A DNA stretch of 64,000 bases, taken from assembly GCA_048772705.1 (NCBI GenBank), contig JBLWGC010000216.1:139438-203437 (forward strand), read 5' to 3'. Origin of the DNA: Leidyana gryllorum EB-2025a. Taxonomy: Eukaryota; Protista; Apicomplexa. The position numbers and the translations under genes are program-made. Of the stretch, positions 49,603-61,400 are shown piece by piece. Each line of letters starts with the position of its first letter. The stretch's first letter is position 1. Under the pieces are notes generated by a model that was given only the letters and a program-made list of their open reading frames with translations, ran no database searches and was not told where the DNA came from.

Positions 49603-50163
49603 ATGTTCAGCAGGTTCAAGAGAGAAACCTCGGAGCCCAAGCAGCCGGTCATCAAGACCACAATTCTCGACCCAGAAACTCGCCGCGAGCTCGTCGTCGA
49701 GTCTGCGTGCGGACGCAAGGAATCCGATGTTGTTTATGATCTAAGGTCTTCCAACTTGCGACCAACCCCCCAACATCCTCCAGTGGAGGAAATTCGGACA
49801 AGCAGTATGAACGCTAGTAGAAGGAACAAGAGCTGTTGCGGCTGTTGCCAGCGCCACCGTGAACCTTCACAGGTTCAAAGATGTGCGTGCCAATACCAAC
49901 CTGCGACTTGTGGGCATGCTGTCGCCTCCCCCTGTCAAGCCGCCCACTCGCCTCATCAGTGCGCCTGCAATGGTATGCAGCAACCGCAATTCCATCACCA
50001 GCCGCCCACTCAATATGCCGTGGTAGAGCATCACTTCCATTCAATGCCCCCTCAGCCGATCATGCAATCCCCAGGTCTGCAATTCCCGATGGTGAATGGG
50101 ATGCGCGCTGTTCCAATTGTACAAAGGGTACCCCTGCAGTGGAATCAGCCACAGTATCGGTGA
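49603..50163 (+). CDS. Hypothetical Cys/Gln/Pro/His-rich protein, 186 aa
   Basis: ATG-started ORF with SCCGCC cluster. Confidence 0.55.
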   Translation: MFSRFKRETSEPKQPVIKTTILDPETRRELVVESACGRKESDVVYDLRSSNLRPTPQHPPVEEIRTSSMNASRRNKSCCGCCQRHREPSQVQRCACQYQPATCGHAVASPCQAAHSPHQCACNGMQQPQFHHQPPTQYAVVEHHFHSMPPQPIMQSPGLQFPMVNGMRAVPIVQRVPLQWNQPQYR

Positions 50164-50874
50164 GAGAGAAAGACAAAGAGGGTCGGTCAAGCGACAAACA
50201 TCAATGTGCCTCTTCGAACAAGAGAATGAGAGAGAGAAACAAAGTCCTCTCATCTTCAAAGTTGCATATAACAGCTGTGAATTTTTTCTTCGCACTTGGT
50301 GCACATCGTCTCGAGTTCAGTCTATTCAAACTCAATTTGATTACTTGGGGGAGGGGACCAGCAGGCCCCAATAGTGAAACCCACATATACCTTCACCAAC
50401 ACCTCGACCGATCGATCATGATTTGTCCGCACAGACAGATCACACAATCTTTTCAGCATGCAGATCGACCACAACATCAGATCTAACCGGAAGCTACCCT
50501 CAATAGCAGCACAAAACAACCCAGTGTCAGTGCCCTTGTCAAATCCTACCAACTGCTCTTCTGATTGATCGTTGGGTCTCGCAAACAGACACGGGTCATC
50601 CATGGGTAAAGCACTCGCACACACTCGCACTTACCCATGGCATCATCTCCATTGACGGAAACGAACAGAGGACACGGAGACAGCGAGAAATCGCTCCACG
50701 CACGCGATCGCACACTCGCACAGACACAAACACAGACACAGAGTTTCATCCTAACGTCCGATGCAGACGACGTTGAACTCCGATGCACAAAAGTCGAATC
50801 AAAGTCAGACAATCACCCAACCGGGACGATATACAGACAGCATCGTAGTAATCACACATCGAATGATAGCGGGC

Positions 50875-53800
50875 TCAGCACAGAGCACCGCTGTGGCATA
50901 GATAGTCAATGTTTCTGACGAAGGCGAGCACGAATAATCGATCACAAAAGCTCTGTAAATAACTAGAATAAGTGTGGGCAGTACCGTCACGAGGCGGCAA
51001 AGCAAGGAAGACGATCATTCCGATGAGGAGTAGGGCCAGCCCAATCACGAGCCTAGTGAGTATGGCGGTGAAGGAGGTAGTGGAATTAGGGGTGCTTCTC
51101 CAGTAGAACAGGTTCCCAACGGAGGACGGATTGGACAGAGAGGGAGCTTGGACAGAGGAATGAACCCAATGACCACATTGGCTACCGGTCTCAGTTGAAG
51201 GTTGTGAGTCTGGCAACGCAAAAGGCGCTGCAGAGGTCTCCTTTTTCAGATACGATTGAGGCAATATTTCCTCGCTGATTAGTGTCCTGCAGACGAATTG
51301 AACAGCCACTGGCCGTGGTTCGCTTGGTACATTGTCGTTTCCCAAATTAGTAACTATGGTGTCCTCTCCTTGGTAGCCATCGACGTCACCTCCGTAACAG
51401 CTTTTCCCGGCGCAAGACTCGTTCTCGAGTGCTCGAATCGTCTCTTCGGCTCTATCTAACAGATCACTGGAAACGACCAGAAGCTGAGGTAGCGGATTCC
51501 GAGCTCCCAGGCTTCTCAAAGCCATCTGAAGCCAGTTGAAGAGATACTTGGCGACTTCATCGACACAGTCCGCGCTGACACTTTCGACCCCGGCGGGCAC
51601 GATCGACCACGCCTTTGGTGCTGCACGGACGCCCTGTTGATCTTGCGAGATTATAGATCGACACCATCGCTGGATGTCCGTGCGCACTGCTAGAATTTGT
51701 GCCTCTCCGAAGGCATAGGGCCATTCCTTCATCAGCCGCAGAAATGCCGAAGTGACGTAAGAAGAGTACAGCTCCCATAGGTCGGATGTTGGCAACACCG
51801 TTCCATCGGTTCGAGGCGAACACTTGTTGGAGGTCTCTATGATCTCCAAATTGGTACGGAGTTTCCAATATATCTCTTCGATCTCCGTCATGAGGTATTG
51901 CATTTCATTCGCATCTGCAAAGGATAGTCAACTACACTCCTCTGGGCAAAACTCACCTTTTTGATCTCCCGCACTGCAGTCTCCGTCACCGTCCACAGGC
52001 GATGATGGATCACTGCTTGACACGTTCTCCTGCAGCTGACGTTTATGCAGACGACTTTGCCCACAGTCCAAACGCGCTGGTGTGCAACTTGGCACCACAG
52101 AAGGGTCCAGGGCCACTCCAAACGTTGACGGTGGTGTGTTTCCCGTATCTGGTTCCCGACGACATGGCGGAGCTGACGGTCCCGGAGAGATATGCATGTG
52201 AAAGGCGCTTGTTTGTTCCAGACAGACTTCGACCTCTTAGGCCCTCTCCTCGTCTATTGGAGCCATCGGCTCAACGAGACCGGGGTTTGCTCCCCGACGC
52301 GCCCTCTGTTGATTTGCATCCTCTCCCTCAGCAGTCGCCAAGTCGTTCACCCGAAAAATACCGGAAACAGAGAACAGCGTTGCTTCGGGCAAACGTTGCT
52401 GGTTGTGCCCCACCAACACGAACATCTGTCCCTCCGTATTCGTATAAAAGTAGGCACAGCCGCCGGCTCTCGGTTGGTCCTGAGTCGGTTCCGGACCCAA
52501 ATTCAATTCTGCCATGGAACACGGAGTCATAATCCACCCGGCTCCTGGTGGAACACCACTCTTCCGCTCCTCTCGAGCTGCCGCCATCTCAGCTTCACTC
52601 TCCTTGACCCCGAGATCCGTCACCGTACGGCCGGATGTAGTGGTGGTGCTCTCCCAATCATCATCTTCTTCGTCGTCCCCATAAGCTGATGATCTTACAT
52701 CAGATGGGTCTCCGCGACGTTTTGGTTCATCCCTGCAAACCATTAATCAACACCCACACACACCTTCTCGACTCACCCTCGGCTGCGCTTTCCGAAGCCT
52801 TGGTAAAATAAAATCAGACTGATATTGTTGTTGAATTCAAAGATTCCGATCTTCGGTATCCTAACATTGCTCTCCATTAGTTCGTGCGGAATTGCCAATG
52901 TCGTTCGGCAACGCTTCAGAACAAACTCCCGTCCATTCACTTCGCACATTAGACGCCGTGTGTCGGACTTGCCGGGAGCCAACAAATCGAAAGGCCGATC
53001 AGGCCTCTCGGGATTGGCCAGGTTCAATAACATGCCCCCCTCGGACAACGCTTTCAACAGATTATGTGCAGTCAGCGTGGGAGGAGCGTTGCGAGCCTCC
53101 AACAATGCTGCTGTACTCAACCGCTGCGATTGAACCCACGCGTTTACAGCATCTTCACCAAGATCCACTGGGAAACTCTTGAAACACATTTGCTGCAAAA
53201 TCCGGGCACATTGCCGGATCTCGCCGACAAAGTTGAACAAACGTCGAGTCAAGTTGTTCAACGCGTCATACAAATGCGGGTCCAACTGTTCCTGAGTCAG
53301 ATCCACCTCTTGGTTCTCTGCCCACCGCCGTCTACGCCATAGGTTCCCCCATAAGTGTCGATCGTAAGGTAGTTGTGATCCGTGACGCTCTACAACAAAT
53401 CTCGCAATACCGTGGTCCTCCAAGGTAGACTGCATGTAGAGGACCAGTGCGGCTGCTCTGACACGACGCTGAATTGCACGAGTCGATGGCTTTGCATTCT
53501 CTTGTGTACTCATTATCTCAGTCTTCATATCTAAGTGCTGTAGTTCACAGATCCGCGACATCGGTTGGTTCGCATGTCCGTTCGAAGTTCGCGGCAACAT
53601 TGAGATGACAGGATCTAAATAACAAATCAAGTGGACGAAGTATGAATAAACGACGGAGACTGAGGGATGAGATGGAGACTGGATCGCACACGAACGATCT
53701 AGGGGTGATGCAGAACAGTCATGTTCAGAAGTTCGGGTAACTTGAGACTAAACCACGCTATGTTTCGTAGACCTTCGCTGAAGGCAAACATTGCCCGACC

Positions 53801-56650
53801 GATGTATATATCTGTGCCATATGTTTCGTCCCGTCCTATCCATCGCAGCATATCTACCACCTCGTGTAATGGCCAACCGTTCTTGAACATGTCGAAGTTC
53901 GCCTGAGCTGCGGGAAAGACAGCACCCTCGCCACCCACCAGAGCAGGGACTCTTGGCCGTGGGAGTTTGCGGGCAAGATCGTGTAGCAGCGAATTCCGTT
54001 GTGGTAGGATGTCTAGTAAGTGGTCAAACAACAAACTGCTCCCCCCGTCTGGTAAATCATAGAACCTGGGAACGACAGACGGACATCGTGTTGCGAAATC
54101 AGCTCCATAATCGATCATTAAGCTTTCTTCCTCGTCATATATTTCTGTAAGAGGATGCAATTGGACTGACGGTCGCTCTCACCATCGGCGAAAAAACCAA
54201 GACTCTCTAGTCTTGGATTGGTTGCTATGTACAGCTCGCCCCAGACTGCTGGGCTCTGAACCGCGGAGTTGACAACGAGATAAAGATTTTCCTCATCTTG
54301 GCTCGCTATAACACAAACGATCAAATGCATACTTAAGACACTCTTACCTCGGCCACATGGGATTTCAAGGAAAAACTTGCCACCCCACAGCATCTGTGAA
54401 ATGTTAGTGATCAAGTCGGCACCAAGCACACTATAGACACGCCCATATGTGATGCCCAGAGGAATTGATGGAGGTGCGTATCCGAGGTAATAAAGACACG
54501 GGAACAAGTCGGGACTCAATGCCGCTATTTCCTCCGGATCATCGACCAGACTGATCATGGGTTGTCCGGGCAAATGCGATCTTCGTCCTGCTGTGTGCGC
54601 TGCCAGTTTCTCAGCGGCTCTAGCTGCCATCGTGGGACTGGAACGCCACAGTGCATGGCAGGCGGGATTTGATGCTGGCGATGGCTGTCCGGAAACAAGA
54701 AACGGAGGTTTTGCTATCGTTGACAGCAGGCGCGAGTCCACAGGTAGAGAAAAACCAGTTTCGGCACTGAGACCTTGATTGAACAGATTCATTATCCCTG
54801 ACAAGGGTATGTTTCCTATGCGGATGAATTGATCCAGAACGTGGGCTCGTGTCACAAGCCCCGAACTCAAGAATGAGTACCAATAGACAAATTTCATGTC
54901 CACGTCCAGGGAAAGATCTCAAGAAGAACACGCGTGTGTGCTGGGAATTTAACTGGAGGACAGGTGCCTGATTGATTCAGCGAGCCTTGTGCGGGCCGGT
55001 AGATATTCAGGAAAAGGGTAGCTCGACCGGCGCCGGGACTTCTATGATTTCCTGGCGAGCTGCAGTGGGTGTGATGCGTTGGAAGTGATAAGTCTTTGAA
55101 AATATAGTGCTGAACCTGATAGTTTGGGGGTGGTGAAAGCCCAAGACGATAGATTTGAAAAGAATTATGCAGTAAGGTAGGATTGGCTTCGTCACACATC
55201 TTGGACCATCGGAGTTTGATAAAGTGTTGGTCGTCTACACAGAGAGTTGAGGGGTACAGATAAGAATGTTGATCCTGTTGACATCTGTCACGATGTAGTT
55301 GTGAAGCGGAAGGCAATGGCAGGACACTTCTGATTGTAAAGAACGTTGATGGGGGTAGCCTTGGCTATCTTGAGTAGGTTGGCAGGAGCTCGCAGCAGCG
55401 AAAGGCTTTGAAAAAGCAGGAAGTGTGATCCAGTTCTTGCAGTTTGCTCGTGCCACGGCTCTGTATAGAGAACTTCTCGTCCAGTTGGTAGATATGGGCA
55501 CAGCTCGATGTATCTGAGGAGCCTGAGTCACGCGTTACGATGCTGTACTTTGACAGCGATGGGTCAACAAAAGCTGACCCCTCGGATACAGTGAGCTTGT
55601 ATTTCGCACGCGCTGTTTTGGGAGAAGGTGAGGCCCTGAGACATGTGCTAAGACCTGGACACGAGATGTGAGGGGCTTTTGGAGCCTTCTGGATCTCTAG
55701 AATTGCCTTCAAAAGAACATAGAGTTCTCAAGCGTTGAGCTGGATTGCTATCCAGAGGGAGGTGAGGCCAGCTGGACATGGCAGTATGTTCCTCGTTCAG
55801 CTCTGAGAGGAGTGATCGGTTGGATAGACTGGAATCTCGTCTCAGGCGGCCACAAGGAGTAACAGGTTCCAACGAATCTTTAGCAGGGCGCAGAGATTCG
55901 ATTAGCAACTTGTCGAATCGCGGGGGGAACTGGGCGGTAACTCGTGGACTGGCAGTCACTGGAGACCAGCCTGGCTCTGATACTGCGTGGCGCAAAACGA
56001 TGTCCCCTGGACAAAATATGGATGGTTCCGAGTTGGCTGAAGGAGAACGCGCTTCTGTTGGAGGTTTCTGACTCTGGCCCGATCGGCCCTTCGCGAGCAG
56101 ATCAACGTCCAAGACGTCAGCGAGGTGTGGGGGCGATGTCGCTGAGTGCATGGAGGGTGTCGCGATCCGGCCCAATATTGGTGATCCATCGAGTGTGGCT
56201 CTGGGAGTAAAGAAGTGCAAACTTGCCGGCGTGCGAGGGGCGGTGGGGTCGGTACCACACTCCAGACTCGGTAAATGCAGGTTGAGAAGGGTACGACCTC
56301 CATGAGAGTTAGACGGGGCTATATCTCCACCTTCGTCTCCGAAACTTAGGCATTTCGGCAATGCGCCCAGACTCGCGTGTCGTGCGGTTACGTCACCCCC
56401 GCAATTCCGCAGACGGTTCGCTTCATACTGTTTGCGCTCCAAGTCCTCTGCGCCACCCCCAACAAGTCTTCTATTGGGAATGAGAGGAATAACTGCGGCA
56501 TCCTCTGGGGCGGAGACTCCATCAACCTCCTCGGCAGAAACATGCCTGAGTAAGAAACACTTGGACGATCATGGCCTCGTGATTTCCACAACGGTCGCTT
56601 ACTCGGGAGAGGGGGAACAGTCGTAGTAATCGTCGCACTTTTCATATTCA
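50875..56650 (-). CDS. Large hypothetical multi-exon gene (or two) with a hydrophobic segment near the C-terminus
   Basis: Chain of minus-strand ORFs linked by GT-AG candidates (about 52735-52775 and 51916-51956); TM-like LVIGLALLLIGMIVFLAL. No family recognised. Confidence 0.45.
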
Positions 56651-56768
56651 TGAACCTACAGGGGGAGACCGTTGCGGGGGAAGAATAGGAGTGGGCAGAG
56701 AGCGAGTGTTGAGAAAACGGAGATTTCAGAGGTTCGGTGTACACTAATAATGATAAGGGTTCGCGGTA

Positions 56769-57509
56769 TCAGGGGTTCGGATGTGTTGATAAGGTTCGCA
56801 ATTGTATACAAAGAGTTCGAGGGAGTACGGGGCACACAGAGACGGCGCGAGAAGGGAAGGGACAATGCTTTTGTCGGAAATGTCCCAAAGTAGATCGTTG
56901 TTGGATCGGAACTTGAAGGGCCGGTTTACTCACCTTGATATCTTCGCTGAAGCGAACTTTGGCTGGCTGCCAGAGTTCGGCTTGTATCCGACTTAATTCA
57001 ATTTCCTCAGCATGAGTCTTTTCATACTCCATTTCTGCGAGCACACGATCAAGCCGACTACGGACACCTGGTAATAAGGGTCGGGCTGAGGATGGAGTTT
57101 CAATTACATCTCCGTCCCCGGCCGCGGTGTCGGCTATATCGCGTGATGGGATCGAAAAGGACGGCTCGGAGTAAGATTTCAGGCCGGGAATGAGAGCTCG
57201 AGGAGTCGCGTCGCCCCCGAAGGTGTCTGCCTCGAGGTAAACGAAAGGCGAGGCACTCGGAGGCGGAGCTGCCGGCGACTTGTTATTGTTAGAAACAGTA
57301 GTGGAGTCGTGTTGGTGGGTTCGGGGCGAGCTGAAAGAGATGGCAGCTGTTAGAGAGACGCCGTCAGGAGGAGCCTCTCCATCGTCCTGCGGGGCCGTTG
57401 CCTCGTCCCACGCGCTGGCTGGTGACCAAGGTGTGGCGGTCTCTGGTGGAGCGACCGAAATCCGTAGATCAAAGGTGACGGTGGAAGAGGCAGGACGTAG
57501 GTAGGCCAT
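56769..57509 (-). CDS. Hypothetical S/P/A-rich protein; 3' part may be spliced
   Basis: 246-aa ATG-started ORF. Confidence 0.55.
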   Translation of the reverse strand: MAYLRPASSTVTFDLRISVAPPETATPWSPASAWDEATAPQDDGEAPPDGVSLTAAISFSSPRTHQHDSTTVSNNNKSPAAPPPSASPFVYLEADTFGGDATPRALIPGLKSYSEPSFSIPSRDIADTAAGDGDVIETPSSARPLLPGVRSRLDRVLAEMEYEKTHAEEIELSRIQAELWQPAKVRFSEDIKVSKPALQVPIQQRSTLGHFRQKHCPFPSRAVSVCPVLPRTLCIQLRTLSTHPNP

Positions 57510-57584
57510 TTGGATACTGACGACTCTTTCTTCTCAGAAAGAGCCCATCAACTGTGAACTTTTTTAGACCACGATTAGATTGTG

Positions 57585-58289
57585 ATGGGAGCTGTAGTCT
57601 CCTGCTGCTGCGCGTCCCCCATTCGTCATCCCCACACCTCCCTTCAACTGACCGAACAAGCTTCTTGTTCATCAATAGAGCACACCTGCGACCCTCTATC
57701 CCCCGTATTTGTTCCCCCCTATTTCCCTCCCTCCCTCCAACCAATGACCCGCGATCCAGCGCCTCCTCTATGCCTCAGCCCTGTAAACCGAATGGGCAGT
57801 ACGGAGAGTCGCCTGGAGGAGACATGCGCATTTTCATCTGACGGACGACGTAGCTTGAGGTTATCCTCTGTCGTCTCTTCATTGGCGGGGGGCGAGTCGG
57901 CCCCCCAGAGCAACAAGTTGTATCACTCGCGCAGCCGCGATGAATGGCGCGCATTGACAAAAGCCAAATTGGAGCGTGCACTGTCCCGCGGCCCGAGAAC
58001 CTTTGAATCGCGCGCAGCCTCCTCACGCAGAGATTCGAGTGTCAAGTTTGCCGATCTATCAGAGGCGAGTTTAAGTACCACCAGTGAAGAAGGAGATTTT
58101 TGCTACGAAGAGAAGAACGCTTCGTTCAAGAAACTCCGTTCCGGTTTTATGTTTGATCCCGATCAGGCCGACGAGCAGAAGTCCCGTACGGCCCAGCTAT
58201 TTCAACAAGGCATTCAAGAAATGAAATCACTACGCAGTTATCGATCCAGAAGATCCATTTCGAGTTACTCTTCATCTCAACGACAATGA
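57585..58289 (+). CDS. Hypothetical protein with N-terminal dual-acylation motif MGAVVSCCC
   Basis: Gly2, Ser6 and Cys7-9; 234-aa ORF. Confidence 0.65.
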   Translation: MGAVVSCCCASPIRHPHTSLQLTEQASCSSIEHTCDPLSPVFVPPYFPPSLQPMTRDPAPPLCLSPVNRMGSTESRLEETCAFSSDGRRSLRLSSVVSSLAGGESAPQSNKLYHSRSRDEWRALTKAKLERALSRGPRTFESRAASSRRDSSVKFADLSEASLSTTSEEGDFCYEEKNASFKKLRSGFMFDPDQADEQKSRTAQLFQQGIQEMKSLRSYRSRRSISSYSSSQRQ

Positions 58290-58417
58290 CAATGACTGCA
58301 TATCTGTCCAACTCAAATTTGACCCTACTGCTCAGGCAAAAGTGGGTAGCTATAGCCTAGGTTCTTGAACCGGTTTTTTGGCGTCTTTTGCGGCCACCGC
58401 GACCTCCAAAGAGTGGG

Positions 58418-61400
58418 ATGGCGCCCTCCAACAATAACGCCTTCCGGTTTCGAAGCTTCTATGACACCTTAGACCAATTACGACTAAACTTTCACTCAAC
58501 AAACCTAGAAGAAGATGGGGTGGCAGAACAGGAACAGAACTTGCACGAAACTCTTCTCAGAGCCGATCCCGATGACCCCGCCTCTGTGACCGCCTTAGCT
58601 GCCGCACTCGCCAGAGTAAGTTACCCACAGGACGAACCTCAATTTCAAAACCTTTCTCAGGATTTGGGACAAGATTTGGGACTCGACTCTGTACAGGATC
58701 TTCTCGTCCAGCTGGCTGCCGTCTTGGCCAAATGCTCTTCTAACATTGAGAGAGTCAAAGAAGCCTTCTCGGTCGTTGCTACGCTCCTTTACCGCGGCCG
58801 TCGCGTCATTCAATCCAACTTTGAGACTTTTCTCACTTTCTATATTCGCCATTACTTGGCCCATGAGAAGCCATTCATACGCCAATTTGCAGCCGAGGGT
58901 GTGGCTTACGTACTGAGAACTTTACCTCTCGAGCCTACTCATGACATACCCGGCCTTTTCGAGCTCCTCAGTATACTCCGCGTCTCCCTATTGGCCACAA
59001 TCCGCGACCCCACGGGGGGCGACGAATTGGAGGCCGGCGATGACAAACTCGCTGACGACGATGGCAGGGAGGAGGACGACGATGACATGGAGGAGCCTAA
59101 AGCTGAGCAGCCGCCGGCAGACGAAACGTCCGAGCGGATGGAGGAGGAAGAGTCACCAGCCGAAGAGAAATTGGCCGCGGCGCCCGTCTCTCCCCTCGAC
59201 TCGATGACCCCTCAACGGGTGGTCGATGTATTGTCAGCTGTCAGTTTCGAGATCGTCAAGAGCGTCGAGAAATCTATCCTCATTGCGAAAGTTGATCCCA
59301 TATTGCGGTTTTGGTACAGCGAATGGATGAATTCTGAAGCGGACGGCGACGAAACGGAGGACATTGACGCGGTTTCGGACGCGGACCATCTCAACTCTGG
59401 ACCCATAGACCTCGTTACCATGCAGATGTTGCTAACCCGTATTAAGCAATACGTCGCTCATTGGAACTCGAAGGACCTCAAAGCCATATTAGAAGTGATT
59501 CAAACCTTAGGACCACTCGACGATTTCACTGTACTGCGACTCCTCAGTAGTTTCATCGCGGACCGGCCTCGACTCCGTCTCACATCGGACGGCTCGGCCA
59601 GAATCAGAGACGAAGTGATTTACTCACGTCTCCCGTTGGACACTGTTCAAAGATGTTTGGGTCTAATTGCTGAGCGCCTAAAGTCCTACGAACACACCGC
59701 GGCGACTCTCGAACTCAAATGTTTAACATTGATCGCGGTGGCCAACACCTTGAGCCCTGCGGGTTTCATTGAATGGCTTCGAAAAGAAGAGGTCAAAATC
59801 GACGATCACGTCCTCACTGCCGAGAATCTTCGGCTATGCGGGGACAACAAGCGAATCGAGGATCTCGTGTGCACTCTCATTGGGGTCTTCCTTCCCCAAC
59901 CTCGGAGATCCTGGGGGCTGATGGCAGAAGAAGAAACTTTGGGAATCTCGGCGTTCGACGATACTTCATCTGCAACCCCCGGAGAGTATCCTGAAGTGGC
60001 GGCTGAGATAGCGAGAATTCTAATGGAGTCCATCAAATCATTGACTGAGCCATTACTGTCTCTCTTGGGCCGTTTGATAGTCACTCAACAAGGCCGACCA
60101 TCAATATCAGATTTCAAGACAAAGTTGATGAAGTTCATCAAAAAGGCCGACACGAGTCTGAATGTGCGATGCCGAATACTCCACGTCTGCAGCGCTTCAT
60201 TACCCGTTGCCGAATGTTTGAAGATTCTCGCCACTTCGCCAAAGTCGCAAGCGAGGGCCGAAATATGGGAGTGTACGGCACACGTGCTTCCGGAAGGGGG
60301 CATGGCCAAGGTGCTTGATGCTTGGCTCCCCCGGCTCACCGAGACAGACACCGTCGCATCTGACGAGGTGGTGAGCTCTTTGGCTCTCAAATATAGACTC
60401 GGTCAATGTGACGCCGAAAAAAGCGAGGCTCTCGTCCACGACACTGTTGGATTGATCCATATGATGGGTATGGAGAGACACCTGGAGAGTTTGGGAAGCT
60501 ATCACAACGCGGATGGTCTCAAAAGCTTTCTGCTGAGTTGTGTCACTCTCCCATGGCTGACAGCGAGAGCTCTCGCTGTTAAGATCGTGGGACATCTTCT
60601 GCTGTCTCAGTCCGGCCAGAGTCCAAAGAAGCGCAAATTGGAGCATAGGCCGGCTTATGAGAGTCTGCTGGACTCCGCGAATAGTCTGGTGACGACTCCG
60701 GATGCGACGGACAGTTCAGCTCAAAAGGTGTATCTGATCACGAGATTGAGGAACGACCTGTTGAAACTGGACAATCTGAATACAGAGCACTCCACAATCG
60801 CAACTCTGGTTATCAATGTCCTCATCAGTCAGATTCTGTCCAAGTTCACTCCGCTCTTCACCCCCGCCATCGAAGCTCTGGGGGACATTTATGAGCACAG
60901 CAAACTCGCTGGCAACAAAGCTCACGTCTTCCTGCGTCCGCTGATAACAGTCTTCAGTTCTGCGCTCAACAATCTGATGGCTCACTCCATCTCATCCAAG
61001 GGTGAGCCTACCCCATCCCAGATGGTGGTCCCATCAGCTCAACGACGGATGCGTCATAAAATTGATGCCGAGCGCGAGACTCAAAGGGTCGACTTTGATG
61101 GCGAGACGGCAGATCACAACGCAACTGTGCTCCGTGTCTGGTCGTCTGTCGTATTGAGAAGTCGCGAGACCGACAGCGGCCCCGATGATACCATCGACGC
61201 CGTTTCACAGACTATTTCGAGCAAACTGACCTTCAAACGGGCTGTGGACGTTCGAACCGCTGTTGACAACGTATGTCGAGTCCTCAATTACGTCAATAAA
61301 GACAAGACGAACCGTCGATGGCTCTCTTGTGACTACTTGGACGGGGCGGAATTGATGATTGTGCTGATGACAATCGTGTCTGTGTTGGCGAGCAAGTTGG

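Noticed and set aside
50322-50660. Small spliced minus-strand gene or C/D snoRNA
   Set aside because: A good donor site is present, but I could not build a consistent reading frame or box/guide arrangement.
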